DNA of 64,000 nucleotides from a virus (Duplodnaviria; Heunggongvirae; Uroviricota; Caudoviricetes): IMG/VR virus record IMGVR_UViG_2878480445_000013. One strand, given 5' to 3'. Within the stretch, counting starts at the first letter, position 1. Every line of letters begins with the position of its first letter. Of this stretch, positions 1-11,384 are shown in pieces. The notes under the pieces were generated by a model. That model was not told the origin of the DNA and made no database searches. It worked only from the letters and a program-made list of their open reading frames with translations. Position numbers and translations under genes: made by a program.

Positions 1-547
1 TTTGTCCCCTCTTTCTTGTTGAGGTGACCAATCAATACAACTGCACAGTCATACGCAGATGCCCACATTCCAAGACGCTGCATCAGCTTTCTCGCCCTGC
101 CTGCAATCTGAAGGTCAGAATCACTCCCCAGATATGCCTGTATCGGGTCAATGACCACCAACCTTGGACGAAATTGTATAATCGCCTTTCTGATACGTTC
201 ATCATCCAGCGTCAAGCCACTGTTCATTTCTTCATTTATAAAAGCTACATTCCTACAATCTGCTCCACACGTTTCCAATCTCGGCTTGATGGTGTCTGAA
301 GCATCATCTTCCGAACACTGGTAAATAACTTTCTGGGGCATTCCAATAGACTTTCCATCCGGCATAGTTCCACCCTTTGATAATTCTGCAATCAGATTCA
401 TCATCATGGTAGACTTTCCGTCGCCGGGGTCGCCTTGCAGCAATGTGATCTTCCCGACTGCAATGAACGGATACCACAGCCAGCGAACAGCTGTTGCTTC
501 TACATCACTATATAATGTGAAAATTCCTGTTTCCTCTTTGCCTGTCA
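1..547 (-). CDS. AAA_25/RecA-like P-loop ATPase (RepA-like), 5' part; gene continues past window start
   Basis: Minus-strand translation from ATG at 547 reads MTGKEETGIFTLYSDVEATAVRWLWYPFIAVGKITLLQGDPGDGKSTMMMNLIAELSKGG, with Walker A GDPGDGKST. The frame stays open to position 1. It is absent from the ORF track because it is truncated. Confidence 0.6.
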
Positions 548-615
548 TTCCCTTTACCTTTCATTTGCAGTCTTTTCCTACATTTATATTATAAGAGCTG
601 CATGACATTTTGACT

Positions 616-663
616 GCTACCTATCATGTAGCACGTTCCATGTTTTGCTACATAGTAGGTAGC
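616..663. promoter_or_regulatory. Operator-like inverted repeat between the divergent ATPase and XRE genes
   Basis: Arms GCTACCTATCATGTAGCA (616-633) and TGCTACATAGTAGGTAGC (646-663) are near-perfect reverse complements with a 12-bp spacer. This position is typical of a CI/Cro-type switch operator. Confidence 0.5.
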
Positions 664-800
664 AAAATGGCCTTAGACCACACAGCAGATAGGGGTGTGG
701 CATTTTGCGGTCTTAAAAATCTCTCATATTCAGTTGCTATGTATTTTTCTCTGCGGGATAATCGTACCAGCCTTATGCGGGAAAACATAAGGAGGAACAC

Positions 801-1142
801 ATGGCTATTGACTATGAAGCCTTGGGCAAGCGTATTTCAAATGCCCGCAAACAAATTGGTATCACACAGGAGGCGCTCGGTGAACAACTTAACATGACCC
901 GTAAACACATCAGTGTTATCGAAACTGCTATCAACCGTCCCAGCCTGGATACCCTGGTTGATATCGCAAATGCACTGAATGTATCTGCAGATGACCTTCT
1001 CGTAGACAGTCTGACGCACTCGGCATCTACTGCAGATTCTGAGATTCACCGTCTGCTTTTAGACTGCAATACAACGGAACAGGAAATTCTTACCCGCACC
1101 GTAAAGGAACTGAAAGCAATTTTGTATGGTTTAGGAATCTGA
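801..1142 (+). CDS. XRE-family HTH transcriptional regulator (Cro/CI-like)
   Basis: ORF MAIDYEALGKRISNARKQIGITQEALGEQLNMTRKHISVIETAINRPSLDTLVDIANALNVSADDLLV is a classic HTH_3 helix-turn-helix. An AGGAGG RBS sits 6 nt upstream. Confidence 0.8.
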   Translation: MAIDYEALGKRISNARKQIGITQEALGEQLNMTRKHISVIETAINRPSLDTLVDIANALNVSADDLLVDSLTHSASTADSEIHRLLLDCNTTEQEILTRTVKELKAILYGLGI

Positions 1143-1306
1143 TTTTGTAACTCATTGACCACATAACAAAAGGCCCGCATAAGCCACAGCTGCACTTCGG
1201 CTCACTCCGGGGTGCTGTCTGTGGTTCATGCGGGCAGGAGTAAAAAAGAAGCCCGCCAGCGTTCCATGTAGGATTCTACACAGTGCGCCAGCGGGCAGTC
1301 ATTTAC

Positions 1307-1639
1307 TTACTTTTTCGGCTTAAACTTTGCGCTATAAGCATTTACTGCTGCATCGTGGATAAGCCATCCAAATTTTCTCAAAAAATCCAATCGCTCTTCA
1401 TCAGTCATCCATTTTGCAAGTGTATGAAGAACTCCCTCGTATCGTTCATTTTCTTTTCCGTTAAAAAACTTACCTCCGGGTCCCTGCTTAAATCTGACTG
1501 GAATCCCATTTTTAATTATCGTCCAGACAGTTGAACCACCATCTGTCTGAAACATGTCCCCGACCATGCCGTCCAGTTCTCCGGCATCCATTCTTTTCAG
1601 CAGTTCTCTTTCCTCACTCGTCATCTTCATCACCCCCAC
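1307..1639 (-). CDS. hypothetical protein (110 aa)
   Basis: Intact ORF in the operon direction. No recognisable domain. Confidence 0.45.
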   Translation of the reverse strand: MGVMKMTSEERELLKRMDAGELDGMVGDMFQTDGGSTVWTIIKNGIPVRFKQGPGGKFFNGKENERYEGVLHTLAKWMTDEERLDFLRKFGWLIHDAAVNAYSAKFKPKK

Positions 1640-2312
1640 AATCCTCTACTTTTATATCTTCCGAATCATACGCTCCCATTGGGTATTCTCGAATCCAGCC
1701 TTCGATTTTTAATGTGTGGCCACATTCTGGACATTCATAGCAATCTTCAGAATTAAAGCTGTACACAAGATCCGGTCCCATACCATTTTCTTTTTCGTAA
1801 GAGCTTTCATCATACATGAAGTCCTCAAGGTCAACATTTTCTTCATGACCGCAATGAGGACATTTGACTGCTCTTTCCAGAGAAACCGGTCGATATCCAT
1901 ACATATCCTCGATATCGATAAATTCCTCGCCTGCCGCTTCTTTTTCGCTGATGATGTCCCAATAATGCTGCGTCTGGAAAGTTTCAAATTCTGCGCTGTC
2001 ATCCAGAAGGTTATCCAGCATTTTTAAGGCATTCCTCTTTCGTTCAAGTTCATCATTGATATACTGTTTCCGTTCACGGATTGCCTGTTCAAGATCAATT
2101 TCTCCTGCTTGAAGTTTTTTTATATCTCCACAGGTTAAGCCAGATTTTGTAAGGACAACAATCCTCTGCAGGTTTTTGAAATCTGCTTCCGTATAATCCG
2201 TTGCCTTGTTTCCCACCGGCGGATGTTCTGGTTTGAAGATGCCCTCACGCTTAAAGAGTTTTATGCGCTCTGCATCAATGCCTAATTTTTCTTGTATTTC
2301 TTTTGGTCTCAT
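1614..2312 (-). CDS. MerR-type HTH regulator with C-terminal CxxC...CxxC zinc ribbon
   Basis: N-terminus MRPKEIQEKLGIDAERIKLFKREGIF resembles a MerR HTH. C-terminus has CPHCGH...CPECGH. ATG at 2312 is preceded by GAAAGGAGG. The track start at 2348 uses an upstream alternative start. Confidence 0.6.
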   Translation of the reverse strand: MRPKEIQEKLGIDAERIKLFKREGIFKPEHPPVGNKATDYTEADFKNLQRIVVLTKSGLTCGDIKKLQAGEIDLEQAIRERKQYINDELERKRNALKMLDNLLDDSAEFETFQTQHYWDIISEKEAAGEEFIDIEDMYGYRPVSLERAVKCPHCGHEENVDLEDFMYDESSYEKENGMGPDLVYSFNSEDCYECPECGHTLKIEGWIREYPMGAYDSEDIKVEDCGGDEDDE

Positions 2313-2422
2313 AACATTCGACCTCCTTTCTGAAACCGAGTATAGCACATAGGGACTTTGTCCCCGTCAAGCCCTAAATATCATTTTTTCTAATTTTAAG
2401 GATACTCGATTCCAGTTTTATT

Positions 2423-2836
2423 TCAAGGCTTTTCTAAATGATTTGTATATTTCAGGCTTCGATACGCATCTCCAATGAATCCTACAAATTCCGGACTCAT
2501 TGTCTCCACCACACTCTTTCCCTCTACATTCTGCAAAACAGCAATACTGACTCCGGACATATCATCTTCCCTCACTTCCAGTTCTCGTATCGAATCCGCC
2601 ACGGCCTCATCGATGAACGCAGCAAACTTTGCCCCATCAACATGGCTTTGCACTGGCATCGGTGCGCCACTTTCACCGAACAGCTGGATTATCTTTGGTT
2701 CAATGATACTCTCCACCTTTTTCAAGGCTTCTTCCTCTGACATCCGCCTCAGATAGCCTTTCATTGCACTTGCCACAATGATTTCCATCACTGTTGTTCC
2801 ATAATCCTCAACGGACAGCCAAGCTAACTTTTTCAT
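2423..2836 (-). CDS. hypothetical protein
   Basis: ORF starts at MKKLAWLSVEDYG (ATG at 2836). No domain recognised. Confidence 0.45.
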   Translation of the reverse strand: MKKLAWLSVEDYGTTVMEIIVASAMKGYLRRMSEEEALKKVESIIEPKIIQLFGESGAPMPVQSHVDGAKFAAFIDEAVADSIRELEVREDDMSGVSIAVLQNVEGKSVVETMSPEFVGFIGDAYRSLKYTNHLEKP

Positions 2837-2924
2837 GTCAATCACTCCTGCTATGTGTATTTCTGTATCCTCACCATATACCAAAACTCTGCACATAGCA
2901 ATATGTACGATAAAAAATCCGTAC

Positions 2925-2975
2925 AAAGCAAAAAGGGCCCTGCCGGTATGCATTTCCATACATCCGACAGGGCAT
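2925..2975 (-). terminator. rho-independent terminator after the recombinase operon
   Basis: Hairpin GGGCCCTGCCGG (2935-2946) pairs with CCGACAGGGC (2964-2973). On the minus strand it is followed by a U-run (complement of the A-run at 2926-2934). Confidence 0.5.
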
Positions 2976-2983
2976 CCTTTCCT

Positions 2984-5280
2984 TTATACAGCCTGCTCTC
3001 GTTTTGCTTTACTTCTCAGATATCTTCGGTACTGAACCGTATTGTCATACACCCGGTACGGGGCATCGACCAGCGTCACCAGCCCATCAAGGCTGCATTT
3101 CTTAAATCCCAGAAAACTGGTCAGTGTCCTCTGATTTCCACAGGTGGGCAGCGTTACACCAAAATTCGTTTCATAAAGTACGATATCGCCTTTCACCGTT
3201 CCCTTTTTCATAAAGGCGCAGTAGATACCTTTTTCAAAATGGAGCAGATCCGGTGCTTCCGCGATCCTCTCCGGCGTTATCTTCAATCGTCCTCGTTTCA
3301 GACTGGCGACCGCACCATCAACCGGCTCTCCATCCACATCCCGAAACAGGCTGCCCTGCACATCCAGCCCGTTCACCTTCAGCGGCATACCGGCGGCATT
3401 CTGTTCCGGCAGTTCTTTCAGGCAGGCAATGAAAAGGTCAAAATTTTTCTTCATAACCATAAGGGTTCCCTGTTCCTGGCTCAGCGTTTCTTTTTCCTTT
3501 CGGAAACTCTCAATTCGCTGCCGGATATCCTTTGCCAGACTTGCATAGGCTTCGATTTCAGACCCTTCTTCATAGTCAGCATGGTAGAAGCTCGTACCAA
3601 TATCATTTCCCGTCAGCCCATTTCGGATATCACTGTCAATCTCGTCCAATGTGATGTTGCCCTCCGCCAGTGATTCATTCAGTTCCAAATTCTGCTCCAG
3701 CACCGCATCCCGCATGGCCGTAACCTGACGGCCGATCGTCTCCTGCAGTTTTTCTTCCAGCTCCTTGATCTGGGCCTCCAGCGTTTCCAGTCTTTCCAAC
3801 GATACGCTGTTTCCTTTCATCTGCTGATACATCTGTTCACAGGCTTTATGAAAAAGTGTGCTGATTTCCGAAGCTTCATGGTTTTTCTCGTAATCCCGTT
3901 TCAGGCGGTACAGCATTTCCATAAAACTCTGTTCCAAGGCACATTCATGGATGCTTTCCGAAGGGCATCTTTCATTGGCTGCTTTTCTCTCGGCATCCGA
4001 CAATCTCCCGTGTTTTTCCCTGCAGTACAGCTTCTGATCCGGTGTGCCATTCTGTCTGGCTTTTCGCCCTCACGCTTTCCCATCTTCTGTTTACACCGCC
4101 ACACGGGATAAGCATATGCGTATTTTTCAAGGTAGATATCCATATCGCCACCAGTTGCTGCAAGGCTTCGGTCATCCGTGTACCCGGTTGCCACACCTGT
4201 ATAGGTCACACGGAAGAATCCCTCACCGCATTCTTTTCCGGCTCTTTCTCCATGTTCAAGAACCGCACCGCAGACCAGATTTCCAAATGGCGAGCCGGTG
4301 TATCCTCTCTTCTTCTTTTGAGCCGGTACCGAATCTCCAACCTTGCTGGGCTTTTCATAAAGCATCGTCTGAGCCTTGTCCCATGTACTGCGGTCAATGA
4401 TGCCAACATGATGGTTTTCTACATAATAGCGAGGTGCCTCACCTTTGTTGATCGTGGACCGATGGGTCAGGAAATCCTTTGTGATGGTCTTCTGCATCTC
4501 AATGTCACCCACATATTTTTCATTCCGAAGAACTGTGAGCACAGAACTTGCCGACCAGTTCTTTTTGTTCACCGTCTTTCTGCCAAGTTCATTCAGCTCC
4601 TTTGCAATACGGTTTGCCGTCTGTCCACATACATACCGTTCAAAAATATAACGAACCGTTTTTGCCTGTTCCGGATTGATCACCCATTCACCATTTTCAC
4701 CCTTGTCATACCCAAGCATCCGGTTCAGATCAATCTTCGGCTTTCCAGCCTGGAAATTTTTCTGGATCGACCAGCGGATATTGTCCGAAATGGACCGGCT
4801 CTCATCCTGCGCCAGTGCGGAAAGAATAGTCAAGATCAATTCACCGGTCGCATCCAGCGTATCGATGTTCTCTTTTTCAAAGTAAACACCAACCGGAGGA
4901 TTCTGCTGCCGAAGCTGGCGGACACAATTCAGGGTGTCCACCGTGTTTCGGGCAAATCGTGAAATCGACTTGGTCACGATATAATCCAGCTTTCCGTCCA
5001 GGGCATCTGCCATCATGCGGTTGAAATCCTCACGATGTTCCCTGCTGGTTCCTGATTTTGCCTCATCTGCGTAAATGCCTGCAAATCTCCATCCGGGTTT
5101 GTTCGTGATCAGATTTGTGTAAAACGCTTTCTGTGTGGTGTAGGAAGTCTGCTGGCTTTCATCCCCTGTGGAGACTCGACAGTATGCCGCCACACGGATA
5201 TTGCTCTGCACCTTCAGCTGACCACCGTTATGCACCGACCGCTTTGTAGCCGGTATCACTTCTACTTTTTTCTGTGTCAT
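2984..5280 (-). CDS. large serine recombinase 1 (resolvase + recombinase + zinc-ribbon domains), frame break near 3975-4000
   Basis: The 3901..5280 ORF has the resolvase catalytic region VAAYCRVSTGDESQQTSYTTQ...KSISRFARNTVDTL. The 2984..4003 ORF continues the C-terminal coiled-coil (ALEQSFMEMLYRLKRDYEKNHE), homologous to recombinase 2 residues AIEQGFMEMLYRLKRDYEENKE. The two parts are in different frames. Confidence 0.7.
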
Positions 5281-5299
5281 ATACTCTCCTCCGTTTCCT

Positions 5300-7291
5300 T
5301 CATATCTTTTTTCCGTTCCGACGCTTTCTATACTCTACCTGAACCGATTCTCCAAGGATCTCTGCTTCATTTTCCGCAAACTTTGGTTTTCCATCTTTGT
5401 CGTATACCCGATAATCCTTGAAGTCCTTTATAGTCCTTCTGGCTCCGAAAGCAGTAAATTCCATTCCGTAAATGGTCCGGTAATGGATCACATCTCCGTC
5501 CACTCTGCCAGATTCAATATTTACGGCATACATTTCCCGGCTGAAGGTTAGCATATCCGGTGTACTCAAGAACACACCCGATTCCGTCCACTGCGGTTCT
5601 TTATCATCCAGACCATGCACCACCAGCTTCTGTCCATAGCGGTTTTGCTCCGGCAGGGCCAGCAGTTCCTCCAGAAAATATTCGTACCTCTTTTTCAGGA
5701 TGATGCCGCCTTCACTGCTTTCTTCCAAAATGTGAAGTTCGTTTTCCAGTTCTTCTTTCCGCTTCAGAATATCCTTCAGCAGTTCATTGTACATTGCCTC
5801 GGCACTTCCAGCCGCAGGTGTGTAAACACCATCCACACGCTGTTGATCCATCCCCTCCATAATAGCGTCCATCTGAATGCTCCCATCCCGAATGGACTCC
5901 TGTAAGCTCTCCTGCAGGAAAACCCGTTCCTGCTCTGCCATTTTCTTCTGTGCTTCCATCTGCTTTTTCATAAGGCGTTTACATTCCTGTTCCAGCTTCT
6001 GAAGCAGTTCCCTGAGTTCCAAAATCCGTCCTGAATGGTCTTCCGGCTCCCTCTGGCATTCACGGTATTTGACCGCCAGCTCCGACTGCTCTTTGTTTTC
6101 CTCGTAATCCCGTTTCAAGCGGTAAAGCATCTCCATAAAGCCTTGTTCAATAGCGACCTCATAAAGCTCCTCTGTGCAGTCTTTATCCGAACAGCGCATC
6201 TTCCCAACACCATAAAGCGGAAGTCCCTGCCGTTCCTTTGTATCTTCAATGGACTCTGCATCCACCCAGTATGCGGCAATCTTTCTCCTCTTGTGGACCA
6301 TCGTCTTTCCGCACGCTGGACACGAAAGGTTTACATAGCAGATATTGAGAGGATCACGGCTTAGTAGCGGCGGCCTCCGTTTCATTTCACTTTGCACGAT
6401 CAACCAGGTTGCCCGGTCGACGATCGGTGCGTGGTGGTCCCTGATGTAATACTTTGGAAGCTGCCCTCTGTTCGGAACCGCCTTATGGGAAAGAAAATTG
6501 CTGGTCACATATTTCTGCATCTCCAAATCGCCCACATACTTCTCATTTAGGATCACATTCGAGAAGCTGCTGGGGTTCCAGTCCGTGCCAGATACCGTTT
6601 TCCAGCCTCGCTCGTTCATCTCGTTAATGATCGTTGCACGGCCGGCTCCGCAGGCATATCTCCGAAAAAGGTAACGCACCGGTTCCGCCTGCTCTTCATT
6701 GATGATCCATTCTCCGTTTTCCCCTTTGTCATATCCGATCATCCGGCTTAGATGAACCATCGGCTTCCCTTCCTGGAACCGCTTCTGATAAGACCAGTGG
6801 ATGTTATCCGAAATGGAATGGCTTTCTTCCTGAGCAAGTGCGGAGTAAATGGTCAGGATCACCTCACTGGTGGAATCCAGAGTGTTGATGTTTTCCTTTT
6901 CAAAAAAGATTCCCACAGGAGGTGTCAGCTGTTTCAGCTGTCTTGCGCAGTCGAGGGTATCCACGGTATTCCTTGCGAATCTCGATATGGATTTTGTGAC
7001 TATTAAATCGATTTTCCCATTTCTCGCATCCTCCAGCATCTGGTTGAACTCATCCCTATGCAGGCGGCTTGTTCCGGTGATTCCCTCATCTGCATAAATT
7101 CCTGCGAATGTCCAGCCCGGATGCCGCTGTATCATATCCGTGTAGAATGCCTTCTGGGTCCGGTAGGACGTTTTCTGTTCATCTGAATCTGTGGACACTC
7201 TGCAGTAAGCTGCCACCCTTAACCCCTTCGGCTTTTCCTGGGCAGCCTTTTGAGCCGCCGCTTCCTTTATCAATCGTAAAACCTCTGACAT
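5300..7291 (-). CDS. large serine recombinase 2 (intact, 663 aa)
   Basis: Contains LRVAAYCRVSTDSDEQKTSYRTQ, KSISRFARNTVDTL, a recombinase domain, and a CPACG zinc ribbon with a C-terminal coiled-coil. Confidence 0.85.
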   Translation of the reverse strand: MSEVLRLIKEAAAQKAAQEKPKGLRVAAYCRVSTDSDEQKTSYRTQKAFYTDMIQRHPGWTFAGIYADEGITGTSRLHRDEFNQMLEDARNGKIDLIVTKSISRFARNTVDTLDCARQLKQLTPPVGIFFEKENINTLDSTSEVILTIYSALAQEESHSISDNIHWSYQKRFQEGKPMVHLSRMIGYDKGENGEWIINEEQAEPVRYLFRRYACGAGRATIINEMNERGWKTVSGTDWNPSSFSNVILNEKYVGDLEMQKYVTSNFLSHKAVPNRGQLPKYYIRDHHAPIVDRATWLIVQSEMKRRPPLLSRDPLNICYVNLSCPACGKTMVHKRRKIAAYWVDAESIEDTKERQGLPLYGVGKMRCSDKDCTEELYEVAIEQGFMEMLYRLKRDYEENKEQSELAVKYRECQREPEDHSGRILELRELLQKLEQECKRLMKKQMEAQKKMAEQERVFLQESLQESIRDGSIQMDAIMEGMDQQRVDGVYTPAAGSAEAMYNELLKDILKRKEELENELHILEESSEGGIILKKRYEYFLEELLALPEQNRYGQKLVVHGLDDKEPQWTESGVFLSTPDMLTFSREMYAVNIESGRVDGDVIHYRTIYGMEFTAFGARRTIKDFKDYRVYDKDGKPKFAENEAEILGESVQVEYRKRRNGKKI

Positions 7292-7297
7292 TTTTCC

Positions 7298-9726
7298 TCA
7301 CCCTTTCTTTACATATTTTTTCCGGTAGCAGTTATCCCGCATGGCCTGTCCGTCAAAATAAGATGCCGTATACCGGTAATCTTCTATATTACTGTACATG
7401 ACAACCTCTGTCCTTGTGTCATCATACCAGTGAACCGTATAGTTCAACGGGGAATGGACCGTAATAGAAAGGACAAATGCCTTGCAGTAATCTGAGGTCA
7501 CTCCATTCAAAAACTGCACCACGCCATCCCTTCCTTTCGGAAGTTCCTTCATCCATTCAATTGCCCGTTCTCTTCTCTTGTGGTCATTCTCCAAATCCTC
7601 CCAGTATCCTTCCAGATACTCCAACCGTTCTTCCAGATGCTTTTTCTCATCCATATCCCGGTCAAGTTTTTCTTTCAACCTTCTGATTTTCTCAGCATTG
7701 CTCTGAATGACTGCCTCGTCGATGCTCTCATCTCCCAGCAGTTTGCGTCTGGTCTGCATCACATCGTTCTGGCTTTCCAGAAGACGCAGTTTTTTCCCGC
7801 TGCTTTCCATTCCAATCTGAAGGGTGGCAATCTGCCGTTTGTAAAAAGCACGGTCCCGTTCCATAAAGTCGGTATGCTGGATGTTTTCCAGCCTTTTGAT
7901 CATCTGTGGAACAAAGTCATCAGCTTCCTTTGTAAAACCTTCAAACTGCTCTCCGTAACGGCCGCTCATGATGTCCGCCACTTCCACATTATCGTGGATG
8001 GGCTGTGCGCTCAGCCGGAACCGCTCAATGATCGCCTTGCGGAAAGCCCTCACAATCTGCTCTTCATAAACTCTCTCGGTGTGGCAGATTCTCTTTCCAT
8101 TGTAGATTTCCGCTGTTGGACAAAACCAGACCGGATAGTACTTGGAATTTCTCACACGGAAAAACCTGCCGCATTCCCCACACAAAATCCTTCCTGAGAA
8201 TGGCTTTGATCCTTTCTTTACTCCCTTCTCTTTTTTGGCGGCATTGGCTCTGCGGATTTCCTGAACAGTTTCAAACAGTTCTTCGTCAATGATCGCCGGA
8301 TGGTGGTTCTTCACCAATACTGCGGAAGTTCTCCATTATTCCGCTGGATGTTATGGTTCAGAAAGTCCACGGTGTATTTTTTCTGGATCAGGACAGCTCC
8401 TGTATATCGTTCCCTTTGTATCATCTGAGAAATAATCCTTCCAGTCCATCCTTCTTCCAGATCACTGTTCAGCTGTCCTTTCTTTGAGTTCTTTTTTCTG
8501 GCTTTGACCGCCACGGTCTCAGGAGCTGGAATCCGGTCATAATTCAAACCTCTGGCAACATCTGTATAGGCAGTACCCTCTGCCACTTCCTGAAAAATCC
8601 GGCGCACGATTTTTGCTTCTTCTTCCACAATTTCGATATCCCTATACTGATATCCACTTTCTGTCGTGACCATCTTTCCATTGTAGCGATACCCATATAT
8701 GACCATGTTCTTTACCTCACCTCTCGGATAGCGCATCTTATTTCCAAGATTGATGTTTCTGGAAATACTCCGGCTTTCTTCCTGGGCAATCGCCGCAAGT
8801 GTCGTTAGAATAAAATCACTGGTCGGATCAGCTGTGTCCAGATTTTCTTTCTCAAAAAGGATCGTCACATTGTTGTCATGCAAAGTATTAAGGGCGGTCA
8901 TAAAATCCGCCGTATTTCTGGAGAAACGGGAAATCGACTTGCATACAATACGGTCTATTTTCCCTTCCCTGCAGTGCCGCAGAAGTCTTTTGAATCCAAC
9001 ACGCTTATCCTTGACCGTTCCTGAAATTCCATAATCGGAGTAAACCCCGATTGGATTCCAGTCTGGATTGTTTTCGATCAGCTGATGAAAATACCGTTCC
9101 TGCGTTTCGTAGGAGTTTTCCTGGTCACTGGAATCAGTGGAAACTCGAATGTAAGCGGCTACGTTCAGATGCCCTTCCTTTTCCTTTGTCCTGCGAAAAG
9201 AAGCTGTGGAAATAAATTCATTTTCTTCTTTCATTGCTTCTGCCTGTGGCTGGAAGACCGCCTCGAACTCGCTTCTCAACCCACCGACCCGTTCCATAAC
9301 AGGAACTGCCTGCTGCATTTTCTCCTTTGCAGCCAACGCCTTCTGGATCAGGGAAGCAATTCCGGCATCTCCGTTTTCCTTGGATTCGGATAACGGCAAC
9401 TTTGTCTTTTTCTCTTTTTGTTGGGTAGACATCTCTTGGCGCACAACGCTTTCCTGCAAAAAAGAAGATGCAGCCGCCTTCTTTTCAGAGAGGTCAGCTG
9501 CACCACTTTTTTCTTTCACCGCTTCATAGGATTTCTTTTCCTGCACAGGCATCTGAGTCACAGATGTGGTTTCCGGCAGAACTGATTCGCCCTGTCCGGT
9601 CGCTGCCATCAACATCTTTGAAAGCTCGGCTGCTGAAGCATTCGGGCGGCTTTTCTGTTTCTGCTGTACGGTACTTTTGACCGTTGCGCTCTGCAGTTTC
9701 TGCAAAAAATCATTTGCTGTACTCAT
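7298..9726 (-). CDS. large serine recombinase 3, single frame break at 8311-8317; possible internal start near 9234
   Basis: The 8311..9726 ORF has NVAAYIRVSTDSSDQENSYETQ...KSISRFSRNTADFM and ends ...GELPQYW*. The 7298..8317 ORF begins VKNHHPAIIDEELF. Together they give the canonical LPQYYVxNHHxxIID motif if one base is restored. The first 164 residues are a low-complexity K/E/Q/S-rich extension. Confidence 0.7.
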
Positions 9727-9810
9727 CTTGTTCTCTCCTTTCCGCCCATCTGCTTTTCTCTTCGGGCAGTCACATATTCCCTCTACTGCGTGATATTATC
9801 AAGTAAATTC

Positions 9811-9860
9811 GGTGCAGAAAGACGGAGAATAATCCACCCGATTATTGTCCTATCTGCACC
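9811..9860. other. 50-bp imperfect palindrome, candidate attP (or attL/attR) site for the adjacent serine recombinases
   Basis: Sequence is GGTGCAGAaagacGGAGAATAATCcacccGATTATTGTCCtaTCTGCACC. The outer 8-bp arms are perfect and the inner 11-bp arms have 1 mismatch. Size and quasi-symmetry match serine-integrase att sites. It lies just upstream of recombinase 3. Confidence 0.35.
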
Positions 9861-9905
9861 ATCCAATATGTAAAGGCCCTGCCTGAAAAGACAGAGCCGT
9901 ATCTC

Positions 9906-11384
9906 TTACAATTTCTTGGCAAAATCAAGGCTGATCCAGCCATTACGCTTACCGGCATAGGCCTTCAGCAGACCCCAACGGGTTGCTCCCTCACCGTCTG
10001 CTTCCTCTACAATTGTAAATACGCCTTTTCCAGTGTACTGCCCGGTCTTAGCATAGTTCGTACCAGGTCCCTTACGGATATTAAGGTCACTGATTGAAAC
10101 GCGTACCGCATACGGGCAGTTTGCCTTAACTTCCGGGTAGACTGCCTTACCCGCCGGGTCATAAACGAAATAGCCCGGATTGACATCCGCACACTGCTTT
10201 GCGTAAGCCAAGTCATGGAAAGCACCCTTCTGAGAAGCCGCATTCTGCCAGCTTTTGCGGACACGGTACCAGCCGGAGATAACCGTACCCTCAGAAGCCT
10301 TTGCCACATCATACTGCGTAAGGTTCCAACGCTCGATGATACTGCAAAGATTCTGTACATAAGTGTGGCTGGTCGCATAACCACCATCTTTGATCAGCTG
10401 TACCGCTTTCTTGTAATCCGTGCAGCCGGCCAAACCTTCATAGCGTTTCTTACTGCCGTTCATCGCACCGAGCAGATATGCGGCATGGTCGGTAATGGAA
10501 TCCTCCACACAACTGTACTTTCGGAAGTCGGCTGTAATCGTGACCATCGAGCCATCATCATTCTGCTCCTGTGTTTTCTTGGTATAGACAGACTTGCCAT
10601 CCCAACTGCTGCCGCTCCAGCTGTTCCCGGAAAGCGAAGTCTTCATGCCAAAGCAGTTATTAGCATTCTGTGCCAGCTCAGATTTACCGTAGCCGGACTC
10701 AAGAATGAACTGAGCCATTGACACGCAAGCAAGAATGCCAGTGGTTTTCTGGTTCGCAGTAAACAGCGGACCGATCTTTGCAACTGCTTCTGCTTCCGAG
10801 AGATTTTTCAGTGAAGAAGCCTGCATGCCAGATGAGGATGAACCGCCCAGTGCTGCAGTCACCTTCACGGCCAGATCACCAAGACGGGCATACAGCCAGT
10901 TTCCAGGGCAGCTTTTGTTTGCAAACCAGCGGTGAACTGTCAGAACCATCTCGTCTGCGGCAGGTACATAATTGAGAGTTTTATTCTTATCTCCCAGCCA
11001 CAGAAGTTTTTTCTTGCCGTTTCGTCGGCAGATATCGGTACAGAGCTTAATGAGTGAACTGTACACCGCACTGTTCATGGCATACGGCTCATTCATATCA
11101 CTGGCACATTCGATGGTGACCGCCCTCTGGTCATTGGCATTGCTGGACGAACACCAGCTGCGGTTCTTTTCCTCGACACAAAGCGACACACGGCCATCTG
11201 TACCGATACCGTAGTTGCAACTTGCCTGACGGCTCGTACTGGTAAAACAGCCGCAGATGCTTTCCGCAGAAAGCTGACCGACCACACAATGCGGCGTAAT
11301 GCGGTCGATGCTGTGTGTCCTCTGACCGGAATGGTTCGGAGAGAGCTTGGTGTAAACAACGAGTGGACTATTGGTATATCCCAT
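9906..11384 (-). CDS. endolysin: N-acetylmuramoyl-L-alanine amidase + glucosaminidase + C-terminal SH3-like repeats
   Basis: N-terminal amidase_2/PGRP motifs (MGYTNSPLVVYTKLSPNHSG...HCVVG...NYGIG). Central LytD-like glucosaminidase (ILACVSMAQFILESGYGKSELAQNANNCFGMK). C-terminal repeats GWYRVRKSWQN... and GVFTIVEEADG... are SH3b-like. Confidence 0.8.
   Translation of the reverse strand: MGYTNSPLVVYTKLSPNHSGQRTHSIDRITPHCVVGQLSAESICGCFTSTSRQASCNYGIGTDGRVSLCVEEKNRSWCSSSNANDQRAVTIECASDMNEPYAMNSAVYSSLIKLCTDICRRNGKKKLLWLGDKNKTLNYVPAADEMVLTVHRWFANKSCPGNWLYARLGDLAVKVTAALGGSSSSGMQASSLKNLSEAEAVAKIGPLFTANQKTTGILACVSMAQFILESGYGKSELAQNANNCFGMKTSLSGNSWSGSSWDGKSVYTKKTQEQNDDGSMVTITADFRKYSCVEDSITDHAAYLLGAMNGSKKRYEGLAGCTDYKKAVQLIKDGGYATSHTYVQNLCSIIERWNLTQYDVAKASEGTVISGWYRVRKSWQNAASQKGAFHDLAYAKQCADVNPGYFVYDPAGKAVYPEVKANCPYAVRVSISDLNIRKGPGTNYAKTGQYTGKGVFTIVEEADGEGATRWGLLKAYAGKRNGWISLDFAKKL

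Noticed and set aside
3972-4196. 74-aa third-frame ORF inside recombinase 1
   Set aside because: A single frame break near 3975-4000 joins the two large recombinase ORFs. This ORF is an alternative-frame artefact.
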